From NCBI GenBank assembly GCA_013239625.1, contig MU054400.1, forward strand, positions 1,533,146 through 1,597,145: a stretch of DNA of 64,000 bases, read 5' to 3'. Within the stretch, counting starts at the first letter, position 1, and each line of letters starts with the position of its first letter. A model generated the notes under the pieces. The model had not been told where the DNA came from and did not search any database. It saw only the letters and a list, made by a program, of their open reading frames with translations. Position numbers and translations under genes: made by a program. Positions 51,801-64,000 of the stretch are shown piece after piece. This DNA is from Lama guanicoe. Lineage: Eukaryota.

Positions 51801-54800
51801 GTAAAAATATAAAATAAGTTATATTTTTGTTAGAGTTCTTAGGAAGAACCCAAAACTACAACAAATATACAAGTTAAAATCCAATAAAGCCACAAAAACA
51901 ATAAAATTAAGTTTATAAAATGCTTTGAAGTTAAAAAAGATTTTTTTATTGAAGTATAGTTGATGTATACTATTATATAAATTGCAGATGTACAATATAG
52001 TGATTCACAATTTTTAAAGGTTATACTCCATTTATAGATACTGAAATATTTGCTATATTCCCCATGTTGTACAATATATACTTGTAGCTTATTTTATACC
52101 TGATAATTTGTACTTCTTAATCCCCTAAGCCCCATATTGCCCCCTCCCCTCTTCCCTCTTCCTACTGGTAACCACTAGTTTGTTCTCTGTATCTGTTAGT
52201 CTGCTTTTTTTTTTCTTGCTTTTTTTTTTTTTTTTTTTTTTCCTTATTTTTTTTTTTTTTTAATTTTTAACCTTTTTTATCGAATTGGACTTGATTTACA
52301 ATATTAGTTTATTTGTCTTTCTCTGTCTAGACTTATTTCACCTAGCATAATGCCCTCCAAGTTCATCCATGTTGCTGCAAATGGCAAAATTTCATTCTTT
52401 TTTATGGCTGAGTAGTATTCCTTTGTATAGACAGACCACATCTTCTTTATCCATTCATCTATTGATGGACACTTAGGTTGCTTCCATATATTGGCTATTG
52501 TAAATAATGCTGCTATGAACATTGGGGCACATGTATCTTTTTGAATTCGTTTTTTTGTTTTTTCCAGATATATACGCAGGAATGGAAATGCTGGAGCATA
52601 TGGTAGTTGTTTTTAGTTTTTTGAGAAACCTCCATACTGTTTTCTATAGTGGCTGCACCAATTTACGTTCCCACCAACAGTGTATGAGGGTTCCCTTTTC
52701 TCTACATCCTTGCCCACTTTTGTTATTTGTGTTGTTTGATAGCCATTCTGATAGGTGTGAGGTGGTATCTCGCTGTGGTTTTGATTTGCATTTCCTGGTG
52801 ATTAGAGATGTGGAGCATCTTTTCATTTGCCTGTTAGCCATCTGCATTTCCTCTTCAGAAAAATGTCTATTCAGTTCTTCTGCCCATTTTTTAATCGGGT
52901 TGTTTGTGTTTTTGGTGTTGAGTAGTATGAGCTGTTTATATATGTTGGATATTAACCCCTCATCAGTCGTATCATTTCCAAATATTTTTTCCATTCAGCA
53001 GGTTGTTTTTTTTAATTTATCTTTTGCTGTGCAAAAGCTTCTGAGTTTAACTGGGCTCCATTTGTTTATTTTTGCTTCTATATCCTTTGTTTTAGGAGAT
53101 GGAGCCAAAAAAATATCAATGTGATTTATATCAAAGAGTGTTCTGCCTATGTTTTCCTCTAGGAGTTTTATAGTATATGGTCTTACACTTAGGTATTTAA
53201 TCCATTTTGAGTTTACTTTTCTATATAGTGTTGGAGAATATTCTAACTTCATTCTTTCACGTATAGTTTTCCAGTTTTCCCAGCACCAGGTATTGAAGAA
53301 CCTGTCTTTTCTCCAATGTATGTTCCTGCCTCCTTTGTTACAGATTAACTTATCATAAGTACGTGGGTTTATTTATGGACTCTCTTCTGTTCCACTGATC
53401 TATGTGTCTGTTTTTGTGTCAGTACCATACTGTTTTGATGACTGTAGCTTTGTAGTATAGTCTGAAGCCAGGAAGCATAATTCCTCCATCTCTGCTCTTC
53501 TTTCTCAAGATTACTTTGGCTACTCAAGGTGCTTTGTGTTTCCATACAAATCTTGAAATTATTTGTTCTAGTTCTGTGAAAAATGCCTTTGGTATTCTGA
53601 TAGGGATTGCACTGAATCTGTAGATTGCCTTGGGCAGTATGATCATTTTAACAAAATTAATTCTTCCAATCCAAGAACACAGTATATCTTTCCATCTGTT
53701 TGTGTCATCTTCAATTTCATTCATTAATGTCTTATAGTTTTCTGAGTACAGGCCTTTTACTTCCTCAGGTAGGTTTATTCCTAGGTATTTTAGTCTTTTT
53801 GATGAGGTAGTAAATAGGACTGTTTCCTTAATTTCTCTGATAGTTTGTTTTTAGTGTATAGAAGTGCAACAGATTTCTGTATATTAATTTCGTATCCTGC
53901 TCCTTTACCAAATTTATTGATGAGTGCCAATAGTTTTCTTTAGGATTTTCTATGTATGGTATCATGTCATCTGCAAAAAGTAACAGTTTTACTCCTTCCT
54001 TTCCAATCTGGATTCCTTTTATTTCTTTATCTTTTCTGGTTGCTGTGGCTAGGACTTCCAAAACTATGTTGAATAAAAGTGGCAACAGTGAGCATCCTTG
54101 TCTTGTTCCTGATCTTAGAGGAAATGCTTTCAGCTTTTCACTGCTGAGTATGATTTTAGTGTGGGTTTTCATATATGGCCTTTACTATGTTGAGGTATGT
54201 TCCCTCTATGCCCACTTTCTGGAGAGTTTTTATCATAAATGGATGTTGTCAAAAGTTTTTCTCTTTCTATTGAGATGATCATATGGTTTTTATTCTTCAG
54301 TTTGTTAATGTGATGTATCATACTGATTGGTCTGAAGATACTAAAAACTCCTTGCATCCCTGAGATAAGTGCCACTTGATCATGATGTATGATCCTTTGA
54401 ATATACTTTTGGATTTGGTTTGCTAATATTTCATTGTGAATTTCTACATCTATGTTCATCACTGATATTGGCCTGTAATTTTTTTTGTGTGGTATCTTTG
54501 TTTGGTTTTATCATCCAGGTGATTCTGGCCTCAAAGAATGAGTTCAGAAATATTTCTTCCTGTGCAGTTTTTTGGAATAATTTGAGAGGGGTAGGTGTAA
54601 GTCTTTTCTAAACGTTTGGTAGAATTCGCCTGTGAAGCCATCTGTTCCTGGACTTCTGTTTGTTGGGAGTTTTTAAATTACTGATTCAGTTTCAGTGCCA
54701 GTAATTGGTCTGTTCATATTTTTTATTTCTTCCTAGTTCAGTCTTGAGAGATTGTACCTTTCTAAGAATTTATCTATTTCTTTTGTGCATTTTATTGCAG

Positions 54801-57800
54801 ACAACTAACTGTTCATAGCAATCTGTTATGATCCTTTGTTTTCTGTGGTGTCAGACGTAGCCTTTTCATTTCTGATTTTATTGATTTGGGCCCTCTCCCT
54901 TTCTTTCTTGATGAGTCTGGCTAAAGGTTTCTCAATTTTGTTTATCTTTTCAAAGAACCATCTTGTATCATCATTGATCTTTTCTCATCTTTTTTAGTCT
55001 CTATTTCATTTATTTTTGCTCTGATCCTTGTTTTTTTTTCCTTCTACTAACTTTGGGTTTTGTTTATTCTTTTTCTAATTCCTTTAGGTGTAAAGTTAGG
55101 TTGTTTATTTGAGCTTTTTCTTGTTTCCTGAGGTAAGTTTGTATTGCCATAAATTTCCCTCTTAAAACTGCTTTTGCTGTGTCCCAGAGGTTTTGGGTCA
55201 CTGTGTTTTCATTTTCATTGGCCTCTAGGTATTTTCTGATTTCCTCTTTGATTTTTTCAGTGATCCATTGGTTGTTCAGTAGCATACTGGTTAGCCTCCA
55301 TGCGTTTGTACTTTTGCAGTTTTTTTTTTCTTGTAGTTGATTTCTTGTCTTGTAGCTTCATGGCTGGAAAAGATGCCTGATATGATTTCATTTTTCTTAA
55401 ATTTACTGAGGCCTGTTTTGTGGTCTAGCATGCGGTCTATCCTGGTGAATGTTCCTTATGCACTTGAAAAGGATGTGTATTGTGCTGCTTTTGGTTGGAA
55501 TGCTCTCTATGTATCAATTAAGTCCATCTGGTCTAATGTGTCATTTAAGGCCAGTCCTTCCTTATTGACCTTCTATCTGGATGAGCTGTCCATTGATATG
55601 AGTCTCCTACTATTACTGTGTTACTGTTGATTTCTCCTTTTATGTCCATTAATGTTTGCCTTACATATTGAGGTGCTTCTAAATTGGGTACATATAGATT
55701 TATATTTTCTTCTTGGATTGATCCCTTGGTCATTATGTAGTATCTTGCTTTGTCTCTTATAACAGTCTTTATTTTAAAACCTATTTTGTTTGATATAAGT
55801 ATTACTTATTCCAGCTCTCTTTTGATTTCCATTAGCATAGAATACATTTTCCCATCTTCTCACTGTCGATCTGTATCTGTCTCTAGATTTGAAGTGAGTC
55901 TCTTTTAGGCAGCATATATATGGATGGGTCTTGTTCACATCCATTCAGCCACTCTGTGTCTTTTGGTGGAGTATTAGTCCATTTACATTTAAGGTAATTA
56001 TTAATGTGTATGTTCTTATTGCCATTTTTAAACTGTTTTGGCTTATTTTTGTAGGTCTTTCCCCCCCTTTCTTCTTCTTTTGTTCTTTCCTCTTGTGATT
56101 TGATGACTATTAATTTCTATATTTGCATCAAAAAGAAAAGAAAAATTAAATTCTTATATCAAACTAATGCCCCCTTGCCAAAGGAACATCGGTCTGGACC
56201 ACGGTGGCCCTCTAGTGACTGTTCAAGGTGATGAGCACACAAGTGCTGCGTTCCTGCCACTCTGAGGCCCTGGGATACGACGACTTTGTCCCTTAGTCCT
56301 ACTGTCAAGGGGCAATTTGTCCAGTACTACCAGCCTTATGTATGGTGTCCACTCTTTTCAAAAATAAATCATGGTGAAATTTCTGAAATAATTTCAGTTA
56401 TATTTCCCCCTGTTTGCTTAGAACTGATCTTAAGTATCAGTCCAGGAAGACGGTATCACACCCACATATTTGAAAAAGTAGTATCTTTCAATAACAGAGA
56501 AGCCAGTTGCCTATAAATCAATAAACCACTAAATTTTTCTATTTTACATTATCAGTGAATAATAAAAAACATCTGATACCTGGATAGAATTTTCTTAAAA
56601 GTGATCACCAACAAGCCTTGATAACAAACCTTCCTGAAAGGAGACCTGACTGTTTTGCTATCACTAGGATATTAAGCACATTATTCTTTAGACCAAAAGT
56701 CCTCAAGCGAAAAGGGAAGGAATGTAAATCAGAAAATGGCATCAGAAACAGACAGCAAGAAACCTGCAGTTTATGCACTCACTTCTACATCAAACTTTGA
56801 CATATTTCAAAATGAGCTTCTTAAGTAGCAACACTGGACATATGTATGTACACATGTGTTCACATATGTAATCTTTCAGCTTTTACTGCTAGATCTCAAG
56901 TTATAGCACAGCCAATATTTCACTAATAAATACAGCTAAATTCTCATTTCTGGAAAGCCTCTGTGACTCCTTTAATACAGTAGCTCATAAACATCTACTA
57001 GCCACATTTCTATTTGTTTTAAAAATTTCCTTTTCCTCAAACATTGCTTGCATAATGTTATACTGAGCTGTTAAACATTTACAGATCGTGCCAAGAGTCT
57101 CAACATCATACACCACATATACCACAACATCATATACAGTAGTTTCACCAGCTTCCCAGAAACACCTTTAACCGAGTGCACTTCTAAGAAACAAGACATA
57201 ATTAGGAATGAGGTAAGGGTGAGCATACATAAAACCAAGTCACGATAACACCTTAAAGAAATCACTTTGCCCTCTCTGAAACATTTTTCCTTTACTCTTT
57301 ATACATTTTATGTTTCAGAAATTTAAAGTACGACAACAGAAAGCAGAAATTAGTGCACCAAGTGTATTCTATTATTTTAATTCACCTCTAAGCAAATTTA
57401 CTTTCCTTTTAACTTTGATCCAGAATTCAAAAAAGAAAGAAAAAAAAGCAAGTAGGTGTTAACATACCTGTCATAGCCCAGGGGTTGAGGAGAATGACCA
57501 TTAAATTTGGGACTGCTTCTAGAAATTGTATTCCCTGGCGATACATTATTTATGCGCTGTAATGCATAAAATACATAAGTAATATTTTGTTATTCCATGT
57601 GAACATTTTATATACATTTTAAAAAACTGCTAGTTTACGAATGTAATTAAAAGTCTGGTATCCTACATGAGAAAACATAAGCACAAAAATCAAGGGAGAA
57701 ATTGCAACGGTAGTTTCTCGTCATCATGCCATATAAGGCATAGAGGGGCACCCTGGTTCCCCCTTCTTTGGATTTGTCTCTTTTTGAACTATAGTTTGGC

Positions 57801-60800
57801 TTAGTGACTAACTTCTCCATACGCAAAGCTGTGGCACTGAAACCCCAAACTTGAAGCTGATTTCCAAGTGGGAGAAGAGGCTTTCCAGCACACGTAGTCT
57901 GAGGAAGGTCCTCAGAGTTCCAAAAGGGCGTTAGCTTGTTTCTGTTGGAGGGTTTAAAGCCCAAGGCCTCCACTCTGATGGTCTCACTACCACAAAGAAT
58001 ACCCAATGGGTCTAAATAAACTCCTTAGCCAGAAATACCCTACCTTTCCTCTCAACTGGGCAACATTTTATTTGTACCTCCAGGAGATCTCCCACTTTTT
58101 CTTCTATTACTGCTCTCCATGCATATCCTAGCTCCCTACTACACTATAAACTCTTCCAGGACCCAGGTCCGACCTTATACATCTTTGTCTCATTTTCTGG
58201 AACAGCAAACAAAGAGCTGGCTAACATCTAGACATTTATTTATACAGAGGAGTGGCATTTTCTCTAATTTCGGAAAATGTTGTCTCCTTTTACTATGTAA
58301 AATAGTTTCTCATTATTATAAGCTCTCTTCTAAGAAAATACATGATTTTTATCAAAATACTCTACCACAAGAAAGAACAAAGTGTATTATAAAGTTCTAT
58401 TGCATACCAAGGATCTGTTGAACTTGCTGTAACTGTTTTCAAGGGCACTCCTTAGGCCGTCGTTACTGTCATGCAGTTTCCTGTTAGCTGATCTACAGAG
58501 TAAATAAACACAATAAACAAGCAGATAAGGGAAGTATTAGTGGGGGTAAATGTCACCACCTTGTTTTCAAGCTGTGATGTTCAGAATGTGGAGTGACCAC
58601 CTCTTGCAACTTTCTCCCTCTTCCCCCTTCAAACCTCACAAACTGAGATCATAATTCATTACTAGAAGTGCAACTTAATCAATGTATCATTTCCCTTCAA
58701 AGGTCTCAAGGCATTTAAGAAGCAGATCAGCTATGCTGTGGAACCCACTTCTCCCTCAGATAGCTCCGTTGTTTGGATGGGTTTGGTGCAGGTCTCTGTT
58801 CCCTAAAGGCCTGAAGACAGCCGGCTCCACCTGCTCTCAATGCCCCACTCCGCACGCGGCCCTGCTAGGTCCAGATGCGCTGTGTTATGTCACATTTCTT
58901 CCTCCTGGCTATGCTACATCCCACTCGTGGCCAGGTGCCATACCAACAGGCACTGCTGTGTACCAGCTGAAGACTCTGATGTTGACTCAGGGTTCAAACC
59001 CCAACTCAGGCACTTACTTTCCACGTGCCTTATGGAAGTCATTTAGGCTGTCAGAGCCTCAGCAACTTCTACGAAATGAGGATAATAAAAGAGCCTTTGC
59101 CTTAGAGATTGGCTAATCTTTCCCTGCTTCAGGCTCATTCATCTTCCAGACCTCAGCTCAGTTCTCACTTCCTTCAGGAACACTTCCTGGACCTTTCTGT
59201 TTAGGTAGATGCCCTTAGGAGACACATGTCTCCCCTGCCCCTCCTTCTCTCCTTTGGCATTTTATATTTCTTCCTCTAAGTATTAATCAGGCTCCATCTT
59301 CTTCCCCTAGACTAGCCCCATAAGGAGAAAGACTTTTTCCTCCTACTTGCTGCTCTATCCTCAGCTCCTGGCATACCTGAACCACAAAAGGTGCTGAGTG
59401 AAAACCTGCTGGATGAATGAATGAATGAAGAGGACTCTTGTAATATATCAGCTCTGTCATTGCCACAGGAGAGACTTGATAGGTATTCAAAATGATGAAA
59501 ATAAAAAAAAAGGTCAAGCCTGACCTGACATCATCTGGGGGAACTGAAACCAGAAAAAAATATTGCCTGGGTAGAAAAGAAAGAAAGGGGCAGTGGGAAG
59601 GGTGGAGATTTTGTGGGGAAGGGCTCAGAGGATGGAATTCGTGCAACTTAGTTGCAAAGTAATGTAATATTTCTAAGAGGTTAAAAAAAAAAAGAAAAAT
59701 ATATCGCTAACCAGGCACAATAAGGAAAGAAAGATAGTGTACGCCCAGTGGCAGGACGTGCACTACTGTGAGATGCCTGAAACCTTTTGGGGTGTTGAGC
59801 TGCAGAGAAAGCTGCTAAGGTCGGGGCCGCCATTCTTTACAGTCCAGTAAAGGTATTATGAAGATGCGTCGGACAAATCCCCTGACTTGCAAGGGCTTTT
59901 AGAGAATTATACTCTAGTCCCTGGATTTGAATAGTTTATGTAGGATTAGAAGCGTCAGAAAGCTAAGGTGATGTGCTGAATGCTTCTCACTGAGAAGGAA
60001 CAAGCGGGGATCTGTGAACCTGGCCTTTCAAATACGGCAACTCATGTTACATGTGGCACGTGTTTTACTGACAAAATAGAAGTTACATGTAAATGTGATG
60101 AGCATTTTATATGAGAACTTACTGGAGTATTTCAATTTGCCTCTCAAGACTACTTCGATCTTCTGTGTACTCTCGGATTATTTCCAGATCCCTGTAAAAT
60201 TATATTTTATGTTTGAATGAGGATTATGTGTTCAGTGCTATCTTACCTATACCTACCCTCCCAGACCCCTTTCCACCTTTCCCAAAGTCCTGCGTCCTTG
60301 ACCACAGTTTCCTGTCTCTCTGTGCTCCTGCTCAGTTCCTGAGCCATTAGCAGCCTCCTCTCCTCCTGTGACCCATGAGCATACCCACACCCTCTGCATC
60401 CTCCAATGCTCTGGTGCACCGGATCCCCCTGGCAGCATCTACCAGCTCCTCCACCCCAGCCCACCAGCTCGGCTCTGTCCCCCACTGGGACTAAACCCCT
60501 CGACCTTCAGCAAAGTCCCCTCTCGCTGGACACTCACATTACCAGTCGCTTCAACCCAATGCACTCTCTCACCTCTGACACTTTGCTTCTCATTCCAAGC
60601 CTTATATAACCCCAACCCCAGCTCTCTTCTCCTTTCTTGTGATTCCATCTCATCTCCGTGCTCCTAGTCCTGCACCCACCCCTCCCCACCCTGAAACCAC
60701 ACAGGAATCCATAGGACCAGGCTTCCTCTGTTCATTGGAAACTCACGCTCAGCGATTCCTCTGTTGCTTTATAATGAAGAAGCCCTGGCCTCCTTCTTAA

Positions 60801-62404
60801 AATGCTCATGCAGAACATCAGCCACTTACCTCCAGCCCCTATCCCACCCCAGCCCCATTTCTAAGCAGAGAGACCCTATCCGCTTCCAAAAGTCCTCAGC
60901 CTGTCCAATTTTGTCCATAATAACCTGTCCAGTTACTCTCTTGATAAGGCTAAAAGTCTCCCAATTGTCTGTAGGAATTTAAGTTCTTTAGCCAAAAATT
61001 CTGGGTCTTCATATTACAGCCTTAAAATAGCTCTTAAACTCAAAAAAAATTTTTTTTTAACTTTTGCCTTTCCATTCAAAATATGTTTTTCTCTTCCCTG
61101 GTCTGACTATCGTTCCCCAAACCAGTTTCTTCCTTCCCTGTGTTTTGCCCCTGCTTTGGGTTTTGCCTCACCTGGAACAACTCTGAGACTCTCTCCCCAT
61201 CTGTGAAATGGGGATAAGGAGAGTCCCATCTCATAGGAAACCCTGAATGAGTTGATGCTGGGCAAGTTCTCAGGACGTGCCCGATAACTGTCAGTGTGAC
61301 GGCGCTGCTTGCTGACGTCGCCTCTGCTCCCCAACACAGGCTCTCCCCTCACAAGCCCACCTCACGTGCCTCTTCTTCAATAACGTCTCCACCTCTTCTG
61401 AACTAAAAGAAGGCTCTGTCTACCATCTCAGGGCAATGAACCCAACCTTGGTGTTCATGGAATTACGGTGTTGTTTCTGACGTTGTGGAGTTCATGTGTT
61501 GTTTAACTCTGTAATCTTTTAGACTTTCATTTTTCCCAACTAAATTTGAAATTCTTAAAGAGCAGAGACCACATCTTTTCTTTTTTTATATACTGCACAC
61601 TCATAACTCCTTATCTAGCTCAGGGACCTATGTATAGTAGGTGCTTAATAAATGTTCTACTGCTTTCTATTATACTACATTTTTTTTTTAACAGGACCTT
61701 AATTCTGATTAAAGTTTGCAAACAAATCACAAGGTATTTTCCCCCAACTGTACATGTACTAGGGGATACACACACATACTAACGCATTTTATGTTTACAT
61801 AGTCCTATATAAATATCCATGTCTATCTTTCTTATATATAATTACATACCTCTTTGTGTACATGTGTGTGTTAGGTTTTATGTTATTTGCAAAACTAAAG
61901 CATAGCAAAATAGAACGACTTGCCGAAGACTTGCAGTTTTCCATTTTTTTATGTTATAGGGCTAGGATTCCCACCTTCAAAGCACTTCAGTTAGCATGGC
62001 CTCTTGACACTTTATGTATAGTCTTCTGCTCCCAGTTAATGCAGACATTTTTAAGCCCTCACTGTCCTGCACAGCCAATAATTAAACTAATTAATCCATT
62101 TGTTTAAAAAAAGTAAAAACACAAAAATCACTAGGAAATCTGACACTAAAAATCTTTAGAAAGCAAAGAACACATTAGTAAAATTAATAAACAGCCCTTT
62201 ATTATTACATAGCTGAGCTTCATTCACATGGATGGTTACCTAATAAACACGCCACTCAAACTAAATAGTGAAGTGTGAAGTTTCATACCTCTCAGAATTC
62301 AGACTCTGGTCAGCATAATCACTTTTCAAAGAATCTAATTCACTTTGAAGAAAGGCTATGTTTGTCTGTGCTTCTAAAAGATCTTTCTTGACTTTCTGAT
62401 TTTC
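36756..62404 (-). CDS. RASEF: RASEF (RAS and EF-hand domain-containing protein / RAB45), 3' 12 coding exons; 5' exons outside the window
   Basis: Twelve exons with AG acceptors and GT/GC donors splice into one 1404-nt open frame, [13 protein letters not shown]...QMKNCCNG*. It matches the human RASEF C-terminal ~460 aa as I recall it, and contains the Rab G-motifs [20 protein letters not shown] and ETSAK. Confidence 0.97.
37195..37320. repeat. Degenerate (CA)n / (CACATG)n microsatellite
   Basis: acacacacac...gcacacatgcctacatgcacacgtgcac. Confidence 0.85.
37640..37802 (-). mobile_element. tRNA-derived SINE (camelid Vic-1-like)
   Basis: Minus strand reads ggggagggcatagctcagtggtagagtgtgtgcctagcatgcacaaggtcctgggttcaatcccagta followed by an (AAAAT)n tail. 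Confidence 0.88.
39911..39987 (-). CDS. RASEF: RASEF exon [25 protein letters not shown](R)
   Basis: tcacag|ACCTAC ... GCTCG|gtaaca; 77 nt, phase 0 to 2; G5 motif ETSAK. Confidence 0.96.
42480..42599 (-). CDS. RASEF: RASEF exon [40 protein letters not shown]
   Basis: tggtag|GATGCA ... CCATG|gtaaga; 120 nt, phase 0 to 0; G4 motif NKAD. Confidence 0.96.
43895..44404 (-). mobile_element. Composite: Vic-1-like SINE interrupted by a young L1 3' end plus a duplicated SINE head
   Basis: SINE tail 43895-43950, L1 3' UTR ~43970-44221, SINE heads at 44243-44313 and 44328-44404. Confidence 0.85.
46510..46624 (-). CDS. RASEF: RASEF exon [38 protein letters not shown]
   Basis: ttccag|ATTCAG ... TTGAG|gtaaga; 115 nt, phase 2 to 0. 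Confidence 0.96.
47694..47775 (-). CDS. RASEF: RASEF exon [26 protein letters not shown](R)
   Basis: tttcag|GAGTTG ... GAGAG|gcaagt (GC donor); 82 nt, phase 1 to 2; G3 motif WDTAGQE. Confidence 0.95.
49077..49224 (-). CDS. RASEF: RASEF exon with P-loop: [49 protein letters not shown](G)
   Basis: ccctag|ACAGAC ... CTGG|gtatgg; 148 nt, phase 0 to 1; G1 motif GDAAVGKS. Confidence 0.96.
49340..49477 (-). CDS. RASEF: RASEF exon [46 protein letters not shown]
   Basis: aaacag|GTTCCT ... CACAG|gtaggt; 138 nt, phase 0 to 0. Confidence 0.93.
49783..50041 (-). CDS. RASEF: RASEF exon [46 protein letters not shown]...GGDASDTD
   Basis: caccag|GTCATG ... CAGAC|gtaagc; 259 nt, phase 2 to 0; includes a 24-bp tandem duplication. 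Confidence 0.95.
51111..51251 (+). mobile_element. Short young L1 3' UTR insertion, truncated at both ends, with a 14-bp TSD
   Basis: TSD aaacacaagtataa at 51097-51110 and 51252-51265; body nearly identical to the reverse complement of 21845-21977. Confidence 0.88.
51940..56110 (-). mobile_element. ~4.2 kb LINE-1 (ORF2 remnant and 3' UTR), same strand as RASEF
   Basis: ORF2 peptides: [16 protein letters not shown]..., ...[14 protein letters not shown]...LFADDMI (RT), ...HCWWE; frameshifted. Confidence 0.93.
57468..57556 (-). CDS. RASEF: RASEF exon [29 protein letters not shown](R)
   Basis: ttacag|CGCATA ... GACAG|gtatgt; 89 nt, phase 0 to 2. Confidence 0.95.
58408..58492 (-). CDS. RASEF: RASEF exon [28 protein letters not shown]
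   Basis: ctgtag|ATCAGC ... CCTTG|gtatgc; 85 nt, phase 2 to 0. Confidence 0.95.
58960..59430. mobile_element. MIR plus L2 fragments
   Basis: gggttcaaaccccaactc...gagcctcag (MIR); cacttccttcaggaacacttcctg and gaatgaatgaatgaa (L2 end). Confidence 0.55.
60123..60191 (-). CDS. RASEF: RASEF exon [22 protein letters not shown](Q)
   Basis: ttacag|GGATCT ... CTCCA|gtaagt; 69 nt, phase 2 to 2. Confidence 0.95.
62289..62404 (-). CDS. RASEF: RASEF exon (coiled-coil) [38 protein letters not shown](R)
   Basis: ttctag|GAAAAT ... GAGAG|gtatga; 116 nt, phase 0 to 2. Confidence 0.95.
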
Positions 62405-62929
62405 CTAGAAAAAAGGAACAGTGCAGGTCATTAGACTCAGAATTTCTTCCACCTGCGAGAAATGAATTCCAGCACGTCACTCTCCCACGCGTCACTCTCA
62501 CCCGTCCACAAGTCTTCAACCCTTGGTTGTCAAAGAGCTAATCATCAATCCAAGGTAATTTAAAATTTGTATGAAGTACTAAACTGTCAAAAATTAAATC
62601 CTCAAGGTTCTCCTTTTTTTTTTTAAATATTTGACATTTGGCGCCAAACTAGAATAGTCAACAGTTTATCATGATGAACTTTAACATGTTATTAGCAAAT
62701 TAACTGAGACCAGACATTCAAACATCTGTTTTACTTAATGAGAGCCATGGAACAACTGACAGATACTGTGTGGAATTAATAGTACTTGTTACCAGGCAGA
62801 CTGGCTACTTTTTACAATAAATCCTATCACCTAACATTTTAAAGTTTTGCACTTAAAAATGAGCCAGTGTTGTTAGGAAATTTCTATATTTTTCTTAAAA
62901 AAAAAAGAAGAAAGAAGAAAATAAAATCC

Positions 62930-64000
62930 TTGGAGGCTTCCAGTTCAATGTGGTGGACTGCAGACATGAATTTGTCTTCTTTCCCTTCTGAGACCCCATT
63001 AACATGAAATACTAAAGGATAAGAGTTAAAAGAATGGAAGAGGGGCCTACCAGCAGTCAAATGATTTAAACCCATTTCTGGAAAACGGAAACTGGATGGC
63101 AATGTGCTGACAAAGGGAAGAGGATAGGGAAAAGGAGATCCAGAAGATGTGTGTTGAAGGGTCTACTGAAGAACAAAGAAGAGACAGCTGGTCAAGCAGA
63201 ACCCCAGAGACTGAGAAGGGGACCTGAAAATGGAGAGTAAAATTATATATTAAGGCATCCTGCTTCTCAAACCCGCACCTGGTCTTTCCCTAGAAAAGGG
63301 GAACAGACAAGCCAGAGTTGAGTCCAAAGACAACAAGACAGGGCTTCTTTGTAAAAATAACTGAAGGACTCCTGAAAGGAAAGCTGAGGCTTCTCTCTGA
63401 ACATCCCTGTCCCATGCATCAGGTCATCAGGGTCCCATGTCTGACAGCCAGCTTCACACACAGAGCTCTGAGGAAGACTGTCTTCCAGGGGAGAGGCCTT
63501 GAGGTAAACAGATCTATTGCCTAGCTGCACAGGAGTCCTACCTACACCAGCTACCTAAAATGATCTGAAATTCCGAGATGACATCTGGAATTGGTAGCAA
63601 GTTTAAAAAGCAACCAGTCCACTAAAAATTAAAATCCCCTGGACTCCAAAAATTAATATTTTCAAGTAGAAAAATGATCAATTCCATGCACTGGAAAGAA
63701 TAAATAAGAAGTTGCAAGGTATCAGTGATATCATGAAGACAGCAGAGCTGCTTTTTACAAGAAACCAAAAGCTCAACCAGAGAATTCAAGAGAAATAAGC
63801 GACTCTGTAACAAAGTCACAATCCAAACACAAAACCAACTAAGAGGTAGCAAAATCTGGAACTGGTAGTACGTAAAGGGGATTCATCTGACCACAAAGCT
63901 GGGAGCCTTGTCTTTTGAGTGGCACGTGGATAACGACTGGAGAGAAAGAGACGCAAGTCTAGCTCACTCCAACTCACTTCTTGGCTCTGCAATTTTGCCT
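62930..64000 (+). mobile_element. Possible old L1 5'/ORF1-region remnant
   Basis: A-rich, purine-biased sequence beginning ggaggcttccagttcaatgtggtggactg; no intact ORF. Confidence 0.4.

Noticed and set aside
52522..53124. 200-aa hydrophobic plus-strand ORF (and similar ORFs at 4058-4468 and 7506-7727)
   Set aside because: These are antisense reading frames of L1, a well-known artifact.
1..64000. Prokaryote-type systems (CRISPR arrays, operons, defence islands)
   Set aside because: The sequence is clearly mammalian (spliceosomal introns, L1/MIR/L2), and no repeat-spacer array was seen.

Overview
Mammalian genomic DNA, most likely camelid: the tRNA-derived SINEs look like the camelid Vic-1 type, and there is a young lineage-specific L1. 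The right half carries the 3' part of RASEF (RAB45) on the minus strand. I traced 12 coding exons between 62404 and 36756 (1404 nt, 467 aa plus stop), all with consistent phases. They cover the end of the coiled-coil, the linker and the whole Rab GTPase domain, ending in CCNG, followed by a ~3.2 kb 3' UTR. The 5' exons lie beyond the window. The left half (1-33 kb) is intergenic and repeat-dense (L1, ERV/MaLR LTRs, MIR, L2, a Charlie transposon) and has one 131-nt N gap. The most notable observations are: a perfect 24-bp in-frame tandem duplication in a RASEF exon; a GC-AG intron; a splice acceptor with an A13 run where the polypyrimidine tract should be; an orphan CpG island with stacked Sp1/NRF1 sites and a possible spliced minus-strand transcript; and several atypical retrotransposition junctions. 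I found no convincing evidence of a wholly new biological system. Repeat family names come from recalled consensus sequences, and repeat boundaries are approximate unless a TSD is given.
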